Below are positions 46,302-56,110 of a stretch of DNA of 64,000 bases, piece by piece; the stretch's first letter is position 1, and every line of letters begins with the position of its first letter. Origin of the DNA: an uncultured Chloroflexia bacterium (GTDB taxonomy: Bacteria; Chloroflexota; Limnocylindria; Limnocylindrales; CSP1-4). The position numbers were made by a program, and so were the translations under genes. The stretch is taken from NCBI GenBank assembly GCA_963713975.1, contig OY970218.1:2800189-2864188 (forward strand), in the 5' to 3' direction. The notes beneath the pieces are model-generated. The model ran no database searches. It had not been told where the DNA came from and saw only the letters and a list, made by a program, of their open reading frames with translations.

Positions 46302-46504
46302 CGCGAGCCTCGCGGGGCGGCGTCCTGTAGGCGGGCATGTCGCTCGATCCCAGGTGCTAGCCCACCCGATGCGCTCACCCGTCTACCGGTCCGATCGGCC
46401 TTCCCGTCGTCGGGACGGGGCCCTATGCTGAACCGATACGCCGGTGTTCGGGTGACCCGCGTCCGTGTCGTCGACGCGCCCGAGTAGCGAGCGAGCCAGT
46501 CGGA

Positions 46505-47089
46505 GTGCCAGGGGAGGATGGTCGGCGCCGGATGATCGAGATCCCCGTAGAGGACTACGTCTTCGCGTTCGCCGCCCTCGTGGGTGGCGTGCTGCTCCTG
46601 TTGACCGTCGTCTTCGATGACATTTTGGGTGGGATCCTGGATTCGTTCGGGCTCGAGTTCGGCGGCACGTCGGTCACGCCGCTGCTGCTCGGGTTCATCG
46701 CCATGTTCGGAGCGGGCGGACTGGTTGCGACGCAGGTCTTCGACGTCCATGGCGGCCAGGCCGCGCTCGTCGCGGCCATCTCCGGGGTCGCGGGAGCGGC
46801 CCTGGCCGGCGGGCTGTTCGCCTGGTTGCGGCGATCCGAGAGCGAGGAGCCTTTCTCGCTGGCGGATCTCGTCGGCGACAGCGGCTACGTGAGCGTCGGC
46901 ATCCCGGCCGGGCGCTACGGCAGCGTGCTCGTCCACGCCGAGGGCCAGGCCCACGAGTTTGCAGCAACCTCGGGCGCCGAGATCGCGGCGGGGACCACCG
47001 TCCGGATCACGGGTATCGCCGGGACGGGGTTGCTGGTCGAGCCGGCAGGGCAGACCGTGCCCGCCGCGCCTGCCGATCCCGCGCAGTAG
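46505..47089 (+). CDS. NfeD-family membrane protein, short form (TM bundle + C-terminal OB-fold)
   Basis: Hydrophobic N-terminal half. C-terminal OB-like domain (GYVSVGIPAGRYGSVLVHAEGQAHEFAA). Directly upstream of the flotillin gene. Start uncertain (46505 or 46532). Confidence 0.55.
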   Translation: MPGEDGRRRMIEIPVEDYVFAFAALVGGVLLLLTVVFDDILGGILDSFGLEFGGTSVTPLLLGFIAMFGAGGLVATQVFDVHGGQAALVAAISGVAGAALAGGLFAWLRRSESEEPFSLADLVGDSGYVSVGIPAGRYGSVLVHAEGQAHEFAATSGAEIAAGTTVRITGIAGTGLLVEPAGQTVPAAPADPAQ

Positions 47090-47116
47090 CGCCCGGAACC
47101 AGGAGGGGTTGAGATC

Positions 47117-49240
47117 GTGGATGCACTGTTCGACATCGTAGGGAGCGGGACGCTCGCGCTCCTGTTCGTCATCGTCGTCATCGTCCTGCTGGTGGCCTAC
47201 ATCACGGGCCGGTTCAAGGTCGCGGGCGCGAACGAGGCCCTCGTGCGCACCGGAGGGCTGGTGAGGGCCCCGGCCCAGCTCAAGGTGGTTCGCGCGGGTC
47301 GCGTCGTCGTGCTCCCGCTCGTCCACAAGCTGGGCAAGCTGCACCTGTCGGCCAGGCTGATCGAAGTGTCCCTGTCGGACGCGGTCACCCAGCAGGGCAT
47401 CAAGGTGGCCGTCCAGGGCGTCGCGACGGTCAAGATCGGCGGCGACGACGAGTCGATCCGCAACGCCGCAGAGCGGTTCGTGGATCGCGAGGACCAGATC
47501 GAATCGATCGTCAAGAACGTGCTCGAGGGGTCGCTGCGCTCGATCGTGGGCACGCTGACCGTCGAAGAGCTCAACTACGACCGCCAGAAGTTCCAGCAGG
47601 AGGTCCAGAGCGCGGCCAAGGGCGACCTCGCCACGTCGGGCCTGACGATCGACAACTTCACGATCCAGGCCATCCGCGACGAGGTTGGCTACATGGACCT
47701 CATCGGCCAGCAGGAGACGGCCCGTCGCGAACGGGACGCGCGGATGGCCAAGGCCACGGCCGATCAGGAGGCAGCGGTCCGGGAGGCGGAGGCCCAGCAG
47801 ATCAAGCTCAACGCCCAGCGCGACGTCTCCCTCCGCCAGGCGGAGGTCATCGCGCTCACCGCCGCCGCCGAGGCGAAGGCCGCACAGGCCGGTCCGCTGG
47901 CGGATGCCGAGGCCCAGCAGGAGGTCACCCGGCGCCAGACCGAGCTCGCCCAGCTCCAGGCGGACCGCACCCAGAAGGAGCTGATCGCCAGCACCATCCG
48001 GCCGGCGGAGGCCGAGGCGGAGGCACAGATCCGGCGCGCCGAGGGCGACAAGGGCGCCCGGATCGCGCAGGCCCAGGCGGAGGCCGAGCGCGTCAAGCTC
48101 GCCGGCCAGGCCGAGGCGTCCGTGAACGTCACCATGGGCGAGGCACAGGCCCGGGTGACCATGGTCAACGCGGAGGCGATCGCCAAGCAGACGACGCTCG
48201 AGGGCAACGCCGAGGCCGGCATCACCTTCACCAAGGGCGAGGCCGAGGCCAAGGCGCTGGCCCTCCGAGCCGATGCCTACCGGCAGTTCAACGAGGCGGC
48301 CATCATCTCGACGGTCCTCTCGATGCTGCCCGAGATCGTGCGCGCTGCCGCCGAGCCGCTCTCGCACATCGACAGCCTGACCGTCCTTTCCTCCGAGGGC
48401 GCCTCCGACGTCGTCAAGACGACGACCCGGACGCTGGCGGAGGCATCCGCGTCCGTGAAGGGCCTCACGGGCATCGACATCCCGGAGCTGCTGAACAGCG
48501 CCCTGGGCAGCAACGCACCCGCCAAGGGCCCGGTCGTCGTCAAGGCGAAGCGCCAGTCCAACGAGGACGAGGGGTCCGGCGGCGGCGGTACCTCCGGCAC
48601 CGGCGGCACCCCGCCCCCATCGGGCTCCGGTCCGGCACCGGCAGCTCCCGAAGGCGGTGAGTCCGCGAGCGCCAGTCCGCCCGTTGGCGTCGAGCCCCCC
48701 GCGAGCGTCGAGCCACCCAATTCGCCTGCGGGCCAGACCCCGTCCGTCGTCAAGCCGACGCCGGCCGTCAAGCCGACGCCGGCCGTCAAGCCGACGCCGG
48801 CCGTCAAGCCGACGCCGGCCGAGCGCTTCGAAGCGGCGTCCAGGGCGATGGAGGCATCGCTGTCGCGGGCCACGGCTCCGCCCGCGTCGGCCCTCGGCGG
48901 GCTCACGTCGCCCATGCCCCCCCTGCCTCCGGTGAGCGACATGAGACCGGGCGACAAGCGGAAGGCCGCGATGGCCGCGGCCGGGGCGATCGGGATCAGC
49001 GAGTCGACCACGCTCAGCGAGTCCGCCCAGCGGCTGGCCGAGGAGCTGATCCGGGTCCCCGGGATCGAACGGTTCGGCAGCACGCGGCTGCGTGACCTGG
49101 ATCGCGGTGGGCCGAGGTCGCTGCGGAACCTGTGGGGCGCTACCCGCGACGAGCTCTCGACCCGCTATGGGGACGTCACGATCGGGATGCTGCTCGACGC
49201 CTACGGTCGGGAGCACGGCCAGGGCGGACCGCCCCAGTAG
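47117..49240 (+). CDS. Flotillin-family SPFH/band-7 protein with long Ala/Glu coiled coil and Pro-rich repeat tail
   Basis: N-terminal TM, SPFH domain, extended AEAEAQ... coiled coil. AGGAGG RBS before the GTG start. Confidence 0.8.
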   Translation: MDALFDIVGSGTLALLFVIVVIVLLVAYITGRFKVAGANEALVRTGGLVRAPAQLKVVRAGRVVVLPLVHKLGKLHLSARLIEVSLSDAVTQQGIKVAVQGVATVKIGGDDESIRNAAERFVDREDQIESIVKNVLEGSLRSIVGTLTVEELNYDRQKFQQEVQSAAKGDLATSGLTIDNFTIQAIRDEVGYMDLIGQQETARRERDARMAKATADQEAAVREAEAQQIKLNAQRDVSLRQAEVIALTAAAEAKAAQAGPLADAEAQQEVTRRQTELAQLQADRTQKELIASTIRPAEAEAEAQIRRAEGDKGARIAQAQAEAERVKLAGQAEASVNVTMGEAQARVTMVNAEAIAKQTTLEGNAEAGITFTKGEAEAKALALRADAYRQFNEAAIISTVLSMLPEIVRAAAEPLSHIDSLTVLSSEGASDVVKTTTRTLAEASASVKGLTGIDIPELLNSALGSNAPAKGPVVVKAKRQSNEDEGSGGGGTSGTGGTPPPSGSGPAPAAPEGGESASASPPVGVEPPASVEPPNSPAGQTPSVVKPTPAVKPTPAVKPTPAVKPTPAERFEAASRAMEASLSRATAPPASALGGLTSPMPPLPPVSDMRPGDKRKAAMAAAGAIGISESTTLSESAQRLAEELIRVPGIERFGSTRLRDLDRGGPRSLRNLWGATRDELSTRYGDVTIGMLLDAYGREHGQGGPPQ
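48749..48820. repeat. 4 x 18-bp tandem repeat (gtcaagccgacgccggcc, encodes VKPTPA) inside the flotillin tail
   Basis: Perfect head-to-tail copies. Confidence 0.8.
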
Positions 49241-49293
49241 TCACACGGGCACAGGCGATCCAGCAGGGCGGCCGCGAGGCCGCCCTGCTGCGT

Positions 49294-50169
49294 TCAGCGG
49301 AGCATCCGGCTGGCGATCTCCCCGGCGAGCCCGCACGCATCCTGCGAGCCTGTGCCGGTGCCGAACGCCGCCGGGTCGATCAGGCTGACGTAGACGAGGC
49401 TGCTCCCCGAGCGCACAAGGATGCCGGCCGCGCCGAACTCGGAGAACGCGGTGCAGAACGCCTCGTCGCCCAGCCCGGTCACGTCGCCGTCGAGGTAGCC
49501 CTGTTCCTGAGCGGTCCGGCGGGCGCCCTGGAACTCACCCGCGGCATCGCCGCCGTCCTGCCGGGCGACACGACCCGTCGTGGATGTCTCGCTGGCTCCG
49601 ACGATCCAGCAGTCGGGCGCATCGGGGATCACGCGCTTGTCCAGCACGACCTGGCCGATCGTGGCGTCCGCGATCCCGCCGATCGGCAGCGCCTGGGAGT
49701 CGGAGCCCAGCACCTGGGCCAGGTCGTCGTCGGAGACGAGCTCGCAGGTCTTGGCGGTCCCGTCCAGGTTAATGCCGATGTCGTTCGCGAACGACGCGCC
49801 GAGGATGCCGATCCCGATGACCCCGAGGATCGCGAGCACCACCAGGATGCCGCCGACGATCAGGCAGGCCTTGAGGCACCCGTTGCCGGAGCTGGCGGGC
49901 TGTGGGTTCCAGGAGCCGGCCGGGGGTGTCCCGGGCGGAGGAGCCCAGACGCCGGGCTGTTGCGGGGGCGATCCCCATTGACTGCCGCCCGGCTGGGCTG
50001 GCGGCAGGGTGGGTCCCTGGCCGGCCGTTTCCGCTCCACCCCATTGGGACGGCGCCGGCGGCGGGACGAGCTCCGCGGGCCACTCGCCGGCCGTCGCGGG
50101 CGGTCCGCTGGCCCGATCCGGGACGGGTCCGGACCCGGGCACGCCGCTTCCAGGTGCATCGCTGGACAT
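49294..50169 (-). CDS. Hypothetical membrane protein (Pro-rich N-terminus, one TM, Cys-containing extracytoplasmic domain)
   Basis: 291-aa ORF. The overlapping plus-strand ORF is GC-rich noise. Confidence 0.4.
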   Translation of the reverse strand: MSSDAPGSGVPGSGPVPDRASGPPATAGEWPAELVPPPAPSQWGGAETAGQGPTLPPAQPGGSQWGSPPQQPGVWAPPPGTPPAGSWNPQPASSGNGCLKACLIVGGILVVLAILGVIGIGILGASFANDIGINLDGTAKTCELVSDDDLAQVLGSDSQALPIGGIADATIGQVVLDKRVIPDAPDCWIVGASETSTTGRVARQDGGDAAGEFQGARRTAQEQGYLDGDVTGLGDEAFCTAFSEFGAAGILVRSGSSLVYVSLIDPAAFGTGTGSQDACGLAGEIASRMLR

Positions 50170-50307
50170 CGAACCCTCCCGCGGTGAGCTGCATTGCTGG
50201 GGGCCATTCTGGGGCGTTGACGGGATTACGTCACGCGCTCGGGCCGGCCAGGGCGAGGCGCGTGCCGGCCGCCCGGCGACGGGATCTGGTCTACAATCCT
50301 CGGCCGT

Positions 50308-50382
50308 GGCAGGGTAGCTCAGTGGCAGAGCAAGCGGCTCATAATCGCTAGGTCGCTGGTTCGAATCCAGCCCCTGCTACCA
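50308..50382 (+). tRNA. tRNA with CAT anticodon (tRNA-Met; tRNA-Ile2/lysidine type cannot be excluded)
   Basis: Hand-folded cloverleaf: acceptor ggcaggg/ccctgct (G1-U72), D arm gctc-agtggca-gagc, anticodon arm agcgg-ctCATaa-tcgct, variable aggtc, T arm gctgg-ttcgaat-ccagc, discriminator A, encoded CCA. Confidence 0.85.
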
Positions 50383-50399
50383 CACCTCGCGGACGAAGG

Positions 50400-50430
50400 C
50401 GCCCGGGTCCCAGTGCCCGGGCGTTCGTGT
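50400..50430 (+). terminator. Hairpin (8-bp GC stem cgcccggg/cccgggcg) followed by a U-rich tract, immediately 3' of the tRNA
   Basis: cgcccggg-tcccagtg-cccgggcg-ttcgtgtgt. Confidence 0.35.
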
Positions 50431-50620
50431 GTCGCCGATACGTGGTGAAACCTGAACCTCGCCTTACGGCCACGCGGCCCATCCATCGGCGATGCTGGCC
50501 CGTACAGGCAATGGTGATCGGGGCCGCGGCCGGCGTTGCCGGGCCGGGATGACCCCGACGGTATACTCCCTCGGACGCCGGCGTCCCCCGTCGGCACTGT
50601 CGGACTCGGAGGCGCTCCGT

Positions 50621-52555
50621 TTGAACGCAAAGTTCCTGCGCAACGGGATCGTGATGCTCGTCCTCGTGGCGGGGACGGTCGTGCTGCTCTACACGTGGGT
50701 CCAGTCGTCCGCCCCCCAGCCGCAGAAGGGGTACTCGGAGTTCTACGACGCCGTCAAGGCCGGCACCGTCTCCAAGGCCGTCCAGGATGGTGAGACGCTC
50801 GAGGTGACACCGAAGACCGGCGGCACGTACACAGTGGTGGTGCCGAACTCGATCACCGGTGACGTCTACTCCGACATGCAGAAGGCGTCGGCGGCCGGCG
50901 GCCAGTCAACGGTGCCGGAGTACTCGAAGAAGCCCACGGCCGACACGTCGTGGATCGGCCTGCTCCTGACGGGCCTGCTGCCCCTGATCGTGATCGGCGG
51001 CTTCATCTTCTTCATGATGCGCCAGGCCCAGGGCACCAACAACCAGGCGATGTCCTTCGGCAAGAGCCGGGCCCGCATGTTCCTCGGCAACAAGACGGTG
51101 GTGACCTTCGCCGACGTCGCCGGTGTGGACGAGGCCAAGATGGAGCTCCAGGAGGTGGTGGAGTTCCTCAAGTACCCCGAGAAGTTCAACTCGCTTGGCG
51201 CGCGCATCCCGCGCGGCGTGCTCCTGGTGGGCCCTCCCGGGACGGGCAAGACGCTGATGGCGCGGGCCGTGGCCGGCGAGGCCGGCGTGCCGTTCTTCAG
51301 CATCTCCGGCTCGGAGTTCGTCGAGATGTTCGTGGGCGTCGGTGCCAGCCGCGTACGTGACCTGTTCGACCAGGCCAAGCGCAACAGCCCGTGCATCGTG
51401 TTCGTGGACGAGATCGACGCGGTCGGCCGCCAGCGTGGCGCCGGGCTCGGCGGGTCCCATGACGAGCGGGAGCAGACCCTCAACCAGATCCTGGTCGAGA
51501 TGGATGGCTTCGACACCGCCACCAACGTGATCGTCGTCGCGGCCACCAACCGCCCTGACGTCCTGGACCCGGCCCTGCTGCGGCCCGGACGCTTCGACCG
51601 CCAGGTCATCCTGGACCGGCCGGACATGAAGGGTCGCACGGCGATCCTCAAGGTCCACACCAAGGGCAAGCCGCTCGACAAGACCGTGGTGGTGGAGGAG
51701 GTCGCGCGCCAGTCGCCCGGCTTCTCCGGTGCCGACCTTGCGAACCTGGTCAACGAGGCCGCGATCCTGGCCGCCCGGCGCAACAAGAAGGTCGTCGGCA
51801 TGAGCGAGTTCTCCGAGGCCCTCGAGCGCATCGTTGCCGGCCCGGAGCGCAAGAGCCGGGTCATCAGCGACGACGAGAAGCGGATCATCGCCTTCCATGA
51901 GGGCGGTCACGCCGTCGTGCAGCGGATCCTCCCGAAGTGCGACCCGGTCGCGAAGGTCACGGTCATCAGCCGCGGCATGGCCCTCGGCTACACGATGGCC
52001 CTGCCCACCGAGGACCGCTACCTCCAGAGCAAGACGGAGTTCGAGGACAAGATCGCGGGCCTCCTCGGCGGCAACGTCGCGGAGCGGCTCGTGTTCGGCG
52101 ACACGACGACAGGTGCGAGCAACGACATCGAGAAGGCAACCGATCTCGCGCGCCGTATGGTGACCGAGTTCGGCATGAGCGACCGCCTCGGGCCACTGTC
52201 GTTCGGCAAGCGTGACGAGATGGTCTTCCTGGGCCGGTCCATGGGCGAGCAGCGCGACTACTCCGACAACGTCGCGATGATGATCGACGAGGAGGTCAGG
52301 GCGATCATCGACCGGGCCTACGTGCGCGCCACCGAGGTCCTCACCCAGCATCGGGACCGCCTCGACCGGCTGGCTGAGAAGCTCATCGCCGAGGAGACCG
52401 TGGACGCCTCGGAGTTCGAGAAGCTGTTCGACGACCTGCCGCCCAAGGAAGGGCGCTTCGCGGGGATCCCGCACATCGTCGCCCCGGGCACGGAGGGCGG
52501 GACATCGATCGGGCCCGGCACTCCAGCACCCAACCCTTCGCCGCAGCCGGCCTGA
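50621..52555 (+). CDS. ftsH: ATP-dependent zinc metalloprotease FtsH
   Basis: TTG start (GGAGG RBS 9 nt upstream) giving an FtsH-type N-terminus. AAA+ [17 protein letters not shown] zinc site. The six-frame ORF extends 43 codons further upstream without support. Confidence 0.9.
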   Translation: MNAKFLRNGIVMLVLVAGTVVLLYTWVQSSAPQPQKGYSEFYDAVKAGTVSKAVQDGETLEVTPKTGGTYTVVVPNSITGDVYSDMQKASAAGGQSTVPEYSKKPTADTSWIGLLLTGLLPLIVIGGFIFFMMRQAQGTNNQAMSFGKSRARMFLGNKTVVTFADVAGVDEAKMELQEVVEFLKYPEKFNSLGARIPRGVLLVGPPGTGKTLMARAVAGEAGVPFFSISGSEFVEMFVGVGASRVRDLFDQAKRNSPCIVFVDEIDAVGRQRGAGLGGSHDEREQTLNQILVEMDGFDTATNVIVVAATNRPDVLDPALLRPGRFDRQVILDRPDMKGRTAILKVHTKGKPLDKTVVVEEVARQSPGFSGADLANLVNEAAILAARRNKKVVGMSEFSEALERIVAGPERKSRVISDDEKRIIAFHEGGHAVVQRILPKCDPVAKVTVISRGMALGYTMALPTEDRYLQSKTEFEDKIAGLLGGNVAERLVFGDTTTGASNDIEKATDLARRMVTEFGMSDRLGPLSFGKRDEMVFLGRSMGEQRDYSDNVAMMIDEEVRAIIDRAYVRATEVLTQHRDRLDRLAEKLIAEETVDASEFEKLFDDLPPKEGRFAGIPHIVAPGTEGGTSIGPGTPAPNPSPQPA

Positions 52556-52695
52556 GCCGCGCCGGCGGCGCACGACCCGACGGCGGACCTCCTGGGGTCC
52601 GCCGTTCTCGTTCGCGACAGCCGCATCACACCGCATCTCCGGGGTGCCGTCGCGCTACGATCACGCACGCCGCCCCAACAAGCCCTGGAGACCCC

Positions 52696-54117
52696 ATGAC
52701 AGACCCGCATGCCGCCCCCGGCGCGACCCCCATCGACATGGCCGTCGAGGCCGCGCTCGAGGCATCGCGCGATGCCCGCACCGAGGCGCTCCTCGAGTTC
52801 GCCCGGATCCCGAGCGTGTCGGCGCTGCCGGAGCACGCCGGCGACATGGTACGGGCGGCCGAGTGGGTTGCGGAGCGGCTCCGGGGGGTCGGCGCGACGG
52901 ATGTCGAGGTGTCGCCGACGGAGCTCCACCCGATCGTCTACGGGCGGATCCACGAGGCCCCTGGTGGCCCGACTGCGCTCGTGTACTGCCACTACGACGT
53001 GCAGCCTGTCGACCCCATCGACCTGTGGGATACGGCCCCGTGGGAACCCTTCGTCAAGGACGGACGGTTCGTGGGCCGGGGCGTGGCTGACGACAAGGGC
53101 CAGCTGGTCATGCACCTGTCGGCGCTCGAGGCCCTGCGATCGGTCGGGAAGGCGCCGGCGGTCAACCTCACCTTCGTGTTCGAGGGCGAGGAGGAGTACG
53201 GGTCGGCCAGCCTCTACACCTGGATCGAGGCCAACCGCGACCGGCTGTCCGCGGACGTCGCGATCATCAGCGATACCGGCTACTTCGAGGGCAACCTGCC
53301 CGCGATCACCGTCGGCCTGCGCGGGATCATGTATGCGCAGATCGATGTGGAACTGTCACCGGTCGACCTGCATTCGGGCATGTACGGGGGCACGGTGGCG
53401 AACCCCGCCAACGCTTTGGCCGGGATCATCGCAGCGCTCAAGGGCCCGGACGGGCGGGTCCGCATCCCGAGGTTCTACGACGATGTCGTTGCCCTCACCG
53501 ACGACGAGCGTGCGGCGATGGCCGCCCTGCCGTTCGACGAGGAGGAGTACCGCGCCGACATCCCCGTCCCGCAGCTCGTGGGCGAGGCGGGCTGGACCAC
53601 GCTCGAGCGCAAGGGAGCGCGACCCACCCTGGACGTGAACGGCATGTGGAGCGGGTTCCAGGGCGAGGGGGCCAAGACGATCATCCCGGCCCATGCCCAC
53701 GCCAAGGTCTCGACCCGCCTTGTCGCCGACCAGGACCCCGCCAGGGTGTACGCGGCGTTCGCGGAGTTCGTGGCGGAGATCGCGCCGCCGGGCGTGACGG
53801 TCAGCACCTCGTACATCCACGGCGGCGAGCCGTCACTGACCCCCATGGATCACACTGCGACCAGGGCCGCGGCGCGGGCCCTCGAGGCGGTTCACGGGAG
53901 GAAGCCCGTCTACATCCGCGAGGGCGGCTCGATCCCGGTGACGGCCGCGTTCGACCACACCCTGGGCCTGCCGGTCGTGCTGCTCGGCTTCACGCAGCCC
54001 GCGTGCAACGCGCACGCGCCGAACGAGTACCTGCTGGTCGAGAACTTCGAGCTGGGGACCCGCGTGATCGTGCGCTTCTGGGACGAGCTCGCAAGTACCT
54101 TCGGCGGATCCAGGTAG
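52696..54117 (+). CDS. M20/M25/M40-family dipeptidase (PepV/ArgE/DapE-like)
   Basis: YCHYDVQP, GRGVADDKGQ, EGEEEYGS metal ligands. Confidence 0.75.
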   Translation: MTDPHAAPGATPIDMAVEAALEASRDARTEALLEFARIPSVSALPEHAGDMVRAAEWVAERLRGVGATDVEVSPTELHPIVYGRIHEAPGGPTALVYCHYDVQPVDPIDLWDTAPWEPFVKDGRFVGRGVADDKGQLVMHLSALEALRSVGKAPAVNLTFVFEGEEEYGSASLYTWIEANRDRLSADVAIISDTGYFEGNLPAITVGLRGIMYAQIDVELSPVDLHSGMYGGTVANPANALAGIIAALKGPDGRVRIPRFYDDVVALTDDERAAMAALPFDEEEYRADIPVPQLVGEAGWTTLERKGARPTLDVNGMWSGFQGEGAKTIIPAHAHAKVSTRLVADQDPARVYAAFAEFVAEIAPPGVTVSTSYIHGGEPSLTPMDHTATRAAARALEAVHGRKPVYIREGGSIPVTAAFDHTLGLPVVLLGFTQPACNAHAPNEYLLVENFELGTRVIVRFWDELASTFGGSR

Positions 54118-54195
54118 TCCCGGGGGGTAGCGGCGCGCTGCAAACCCGGTGCTAGGATGCACCCACGGCTATCGATCGCGGGAGGACCGGCGCAC

Positions 54196-55272
54196 GTGAC
54201 AACCGAGACGGGGGCGGGGGCGACACAGCAGGCGTCCTGGCGTTTTGAAGGACCGAACGGGAGCATGGCGCCCCGATCGGCCATCGAGGTGCTGGTCGAT
54301 CTCAACGAGAAGGTTGCGGGCGGCAAGGTGGGGGAGTACCAGCCGGTGCCGCTGGGCTTCACGCCGCTCGACAAGACCATCGGGACCGGCCTCCGCGCGG
54401 GCGAGCTCCTGCTCATCGGCGGGGCGCAGGGAACCGGCAAGACGACGATGGCGCTGCAGATGGCGCGCAACGTCGCGTCCGGCGGCCAGGCGAACGTGCT
54501 GTACATCTGCTTCGAGCACGACGAGCTGTACCTGTTGAACCGGCTGATTGCCGCCGAGTCCGCGCTCGCCCACCTGCCCCACAAGACCGGTGCGATCAAG
54601 ATCCAGGACGTCCGCAAAGAGATCCTGGGCACCTGGATGGCCGAGGGCGGCGGTGTCGCCCAGCTGGCCGCCAACCCGCGCCTGCGGCCGTCGCTGGACC
54701 GGATCGCCCGCTACGGCCAGAACCTGTTCCTGCTCCGCGGCTCACAGACCGCGAGCACGATCGACGGGATGCGCCAGCTCATCCGGCAGCATCGCGAACT
54801 GTCCGGAGACCGTCGCCTGGTCGTGGTCGTGGACTATCTCCAGAAGGTGCCGGTCATCCCCGAGCCCGTGAGCGAGTCGGAGAAGGTGACCTTCGTCGTC
54901 AACGGCCTCAAGGACATCGCCCTGTCCGAGGACGTGCCGATGATCGCGATCGTCGCGGCGGACAAGGAGGGCCTCAAGGCCTCGCGCCTCCGCAACTACC
55001 ACCTGCGCGGGTCGTCGGCGATCAACTACGAGGCCGACATCATCCTGATCCTGAACGAGAAGTACCAGATCGTTGCCAAGGTCAACATCGAGTTCAACCC
55101 GTACCAGGCGCAGCGCTTCCGGGACTGGGTGATCGTCTCGGTGGAGAAGAACCGCGGCGGCCAGGACGCGGTGGACCTGGAGTTCGAGAAGCACTTCGAG
55201 TTCTCCTGCTTTGACCCCAACGGGCGGACGGTGCAGGAGAAGCTGATCGAGGAGCGCCTCTACAACGACTGA
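54196..55272 (+). CDS. Stand-alone DnaB-C-terminal-like RecA-fold ATPase (no DnaB N-terminal domain)
   Basis: GFTPLDKTIGTGLRAGELLLIGGAQGTGKTT Walker A, VVVVDYLQ Walker B. DnaB H4-like LKDIALSEDVPMIAIVAA...NYHLRGSSAINYEADIILIL. GTG 54196 with a GGAGGA RBS; alternatives 54157 or 54265. Confidence 0.55.
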   Translation: MTTETGAGATQQASWRFEGPNGSMAPRSAIEVLVDLNEKVAGGKVGEYQPVPLGFTPLDKTIGTGLRAGELLLIGGAQGTGKTTMALQMARNVASGGQANVLYICFEHDELYLLNRLIAAESALAHLPHKTGAIKIQDVRKEILGTWMAEGGGVAQLAANPRLRPSLDRIARYGQNLFLLRGSQTASTIDGMRQLIRQHRELSGDRRLVVVVDYLQKVPVIPEPVSESEKVTFVVNGLKDIALSEDVPMIAIVAADKEGLKASRLRNYHLRGSSAINYEADIILILNEKYQIVAKVNIEFNPYQAQRFRDWVIVSVEKNRGGQDAVDLEFEKHFEFSCFDPNGRTVQEKLIEERLYND

Positions 55273-55591
55273 GGTTCCGAATTCGAGCCGCGGGGGGTCT
55301 CGCTACCTCGTGCGCCGGACGTACGGCTTCCGGCGCTGGGCGGCGACCTGATGCGCAGGACGCACGGCTGAGGCTGCCGCCGGACGCCAGGCAGTGCCTG
55401 GATGCCTGCCACGCACATGCGACGCACGTCGGCGACGATGGGCCGCGGAACAATGTGCGCGTGACGCACGGGCCGGTCGGAATCGGCATGGCCCACGTGC
55501 CAGGGCCGGGGCGGATCGTGATCTGGACCGGCTCGCTCCCGTGACGACGCCGGCCTCGTTCGGGCTGTACCGGGCACGGTAGAGTTCGCGC

Positions 55592-56110
55592 ATGACCAAC
55601 CCCAATGCCGACCGCTTCCCGGGCGTCGTCGAGATCGTCGTTGAGATCCCGCGGGGAAGCCGCAACAAGTACGAGTTCGACGAGGTAGCCGGTGTCTACC
55701 GACTGGACCGGGTCCTGTCGTCGGCCGTGTTCTACAACTTCGACTACGGCTTCATCGAGGGGACGCGGGCCGATGACGGCGATCACACGGACGCCCTCCT
55801 GATCATCGACGAGCCGACCTTCACGGGCTGCCACGTCTGGGCGCGTCCGATCGGCGGGCTGGAGATGCGCGACGAGAAGGGCTTCGACTTCAAGACGCTG
55901 TGCGTCGCCGTGCACGACCCTCACCAGCAGCACATCGAGCGCCTCGAGCAGATGCGCCCGCACCGGCTCGTCGAGATCGAGCACTTCTTCAACACCTACA
56001 AGCTGCTCGAGGAGAAGGACGTCGATGTGGTGGGCTGGCGGGATCGGGATCGCGCGCTCGAGGTGCTGACGGCGGATCGCGTGCGCTACCGGCGCGAAGT
56101 TGGTGGCTGA
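55592..56110 (+). CDS. ppa: Inorganic pyrophosphatase (family I)
   Basis: VVEIPRGSRNKYE and DGDHTDAL motifs. Confidence 0.9.
   Translation: MTNPNADRFPGVVEIVVEIPRGSRNKYEFDEVAGVYRLDRVLSSAVFYNFDYGFIEGTRADDGDHTDALLIIDEPTFTGCHVWARPIGGLEMRDEKGFDFKTLCVAVHDPHQQHIERLEQMRPHRLVEIEHFFNTYKLLEEKDVDVVGWRDRDRALEVLTADRVRYRREVGG

Noticed and set aside
46085-49216. 1043-aa minus-strand ORF
   Set aside because: Antisense to the NfeD and flotillin genes, which have clear family motifs. Low-complexity Arg/Gly/Asp-rich translation typical of GC-rich antisense frames.
50308-50382. Alternative identity as tRNA-Ile2 (lysidine)
   Set aside because: Cannot be distinguished from elongator tRNA-Met by inspection. Reported as CAT-anticodon tRNA with that caveat.
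50492-50620. N-terminal 43 codons of the six-frame ftsH ORF
   Set aside because: A TTG at 50621 with a GGAGG RBS gives the canonical FtsH N-terminus. The upstream extension is Arg/Gly-rich and overlaps the tRNA terminator region.
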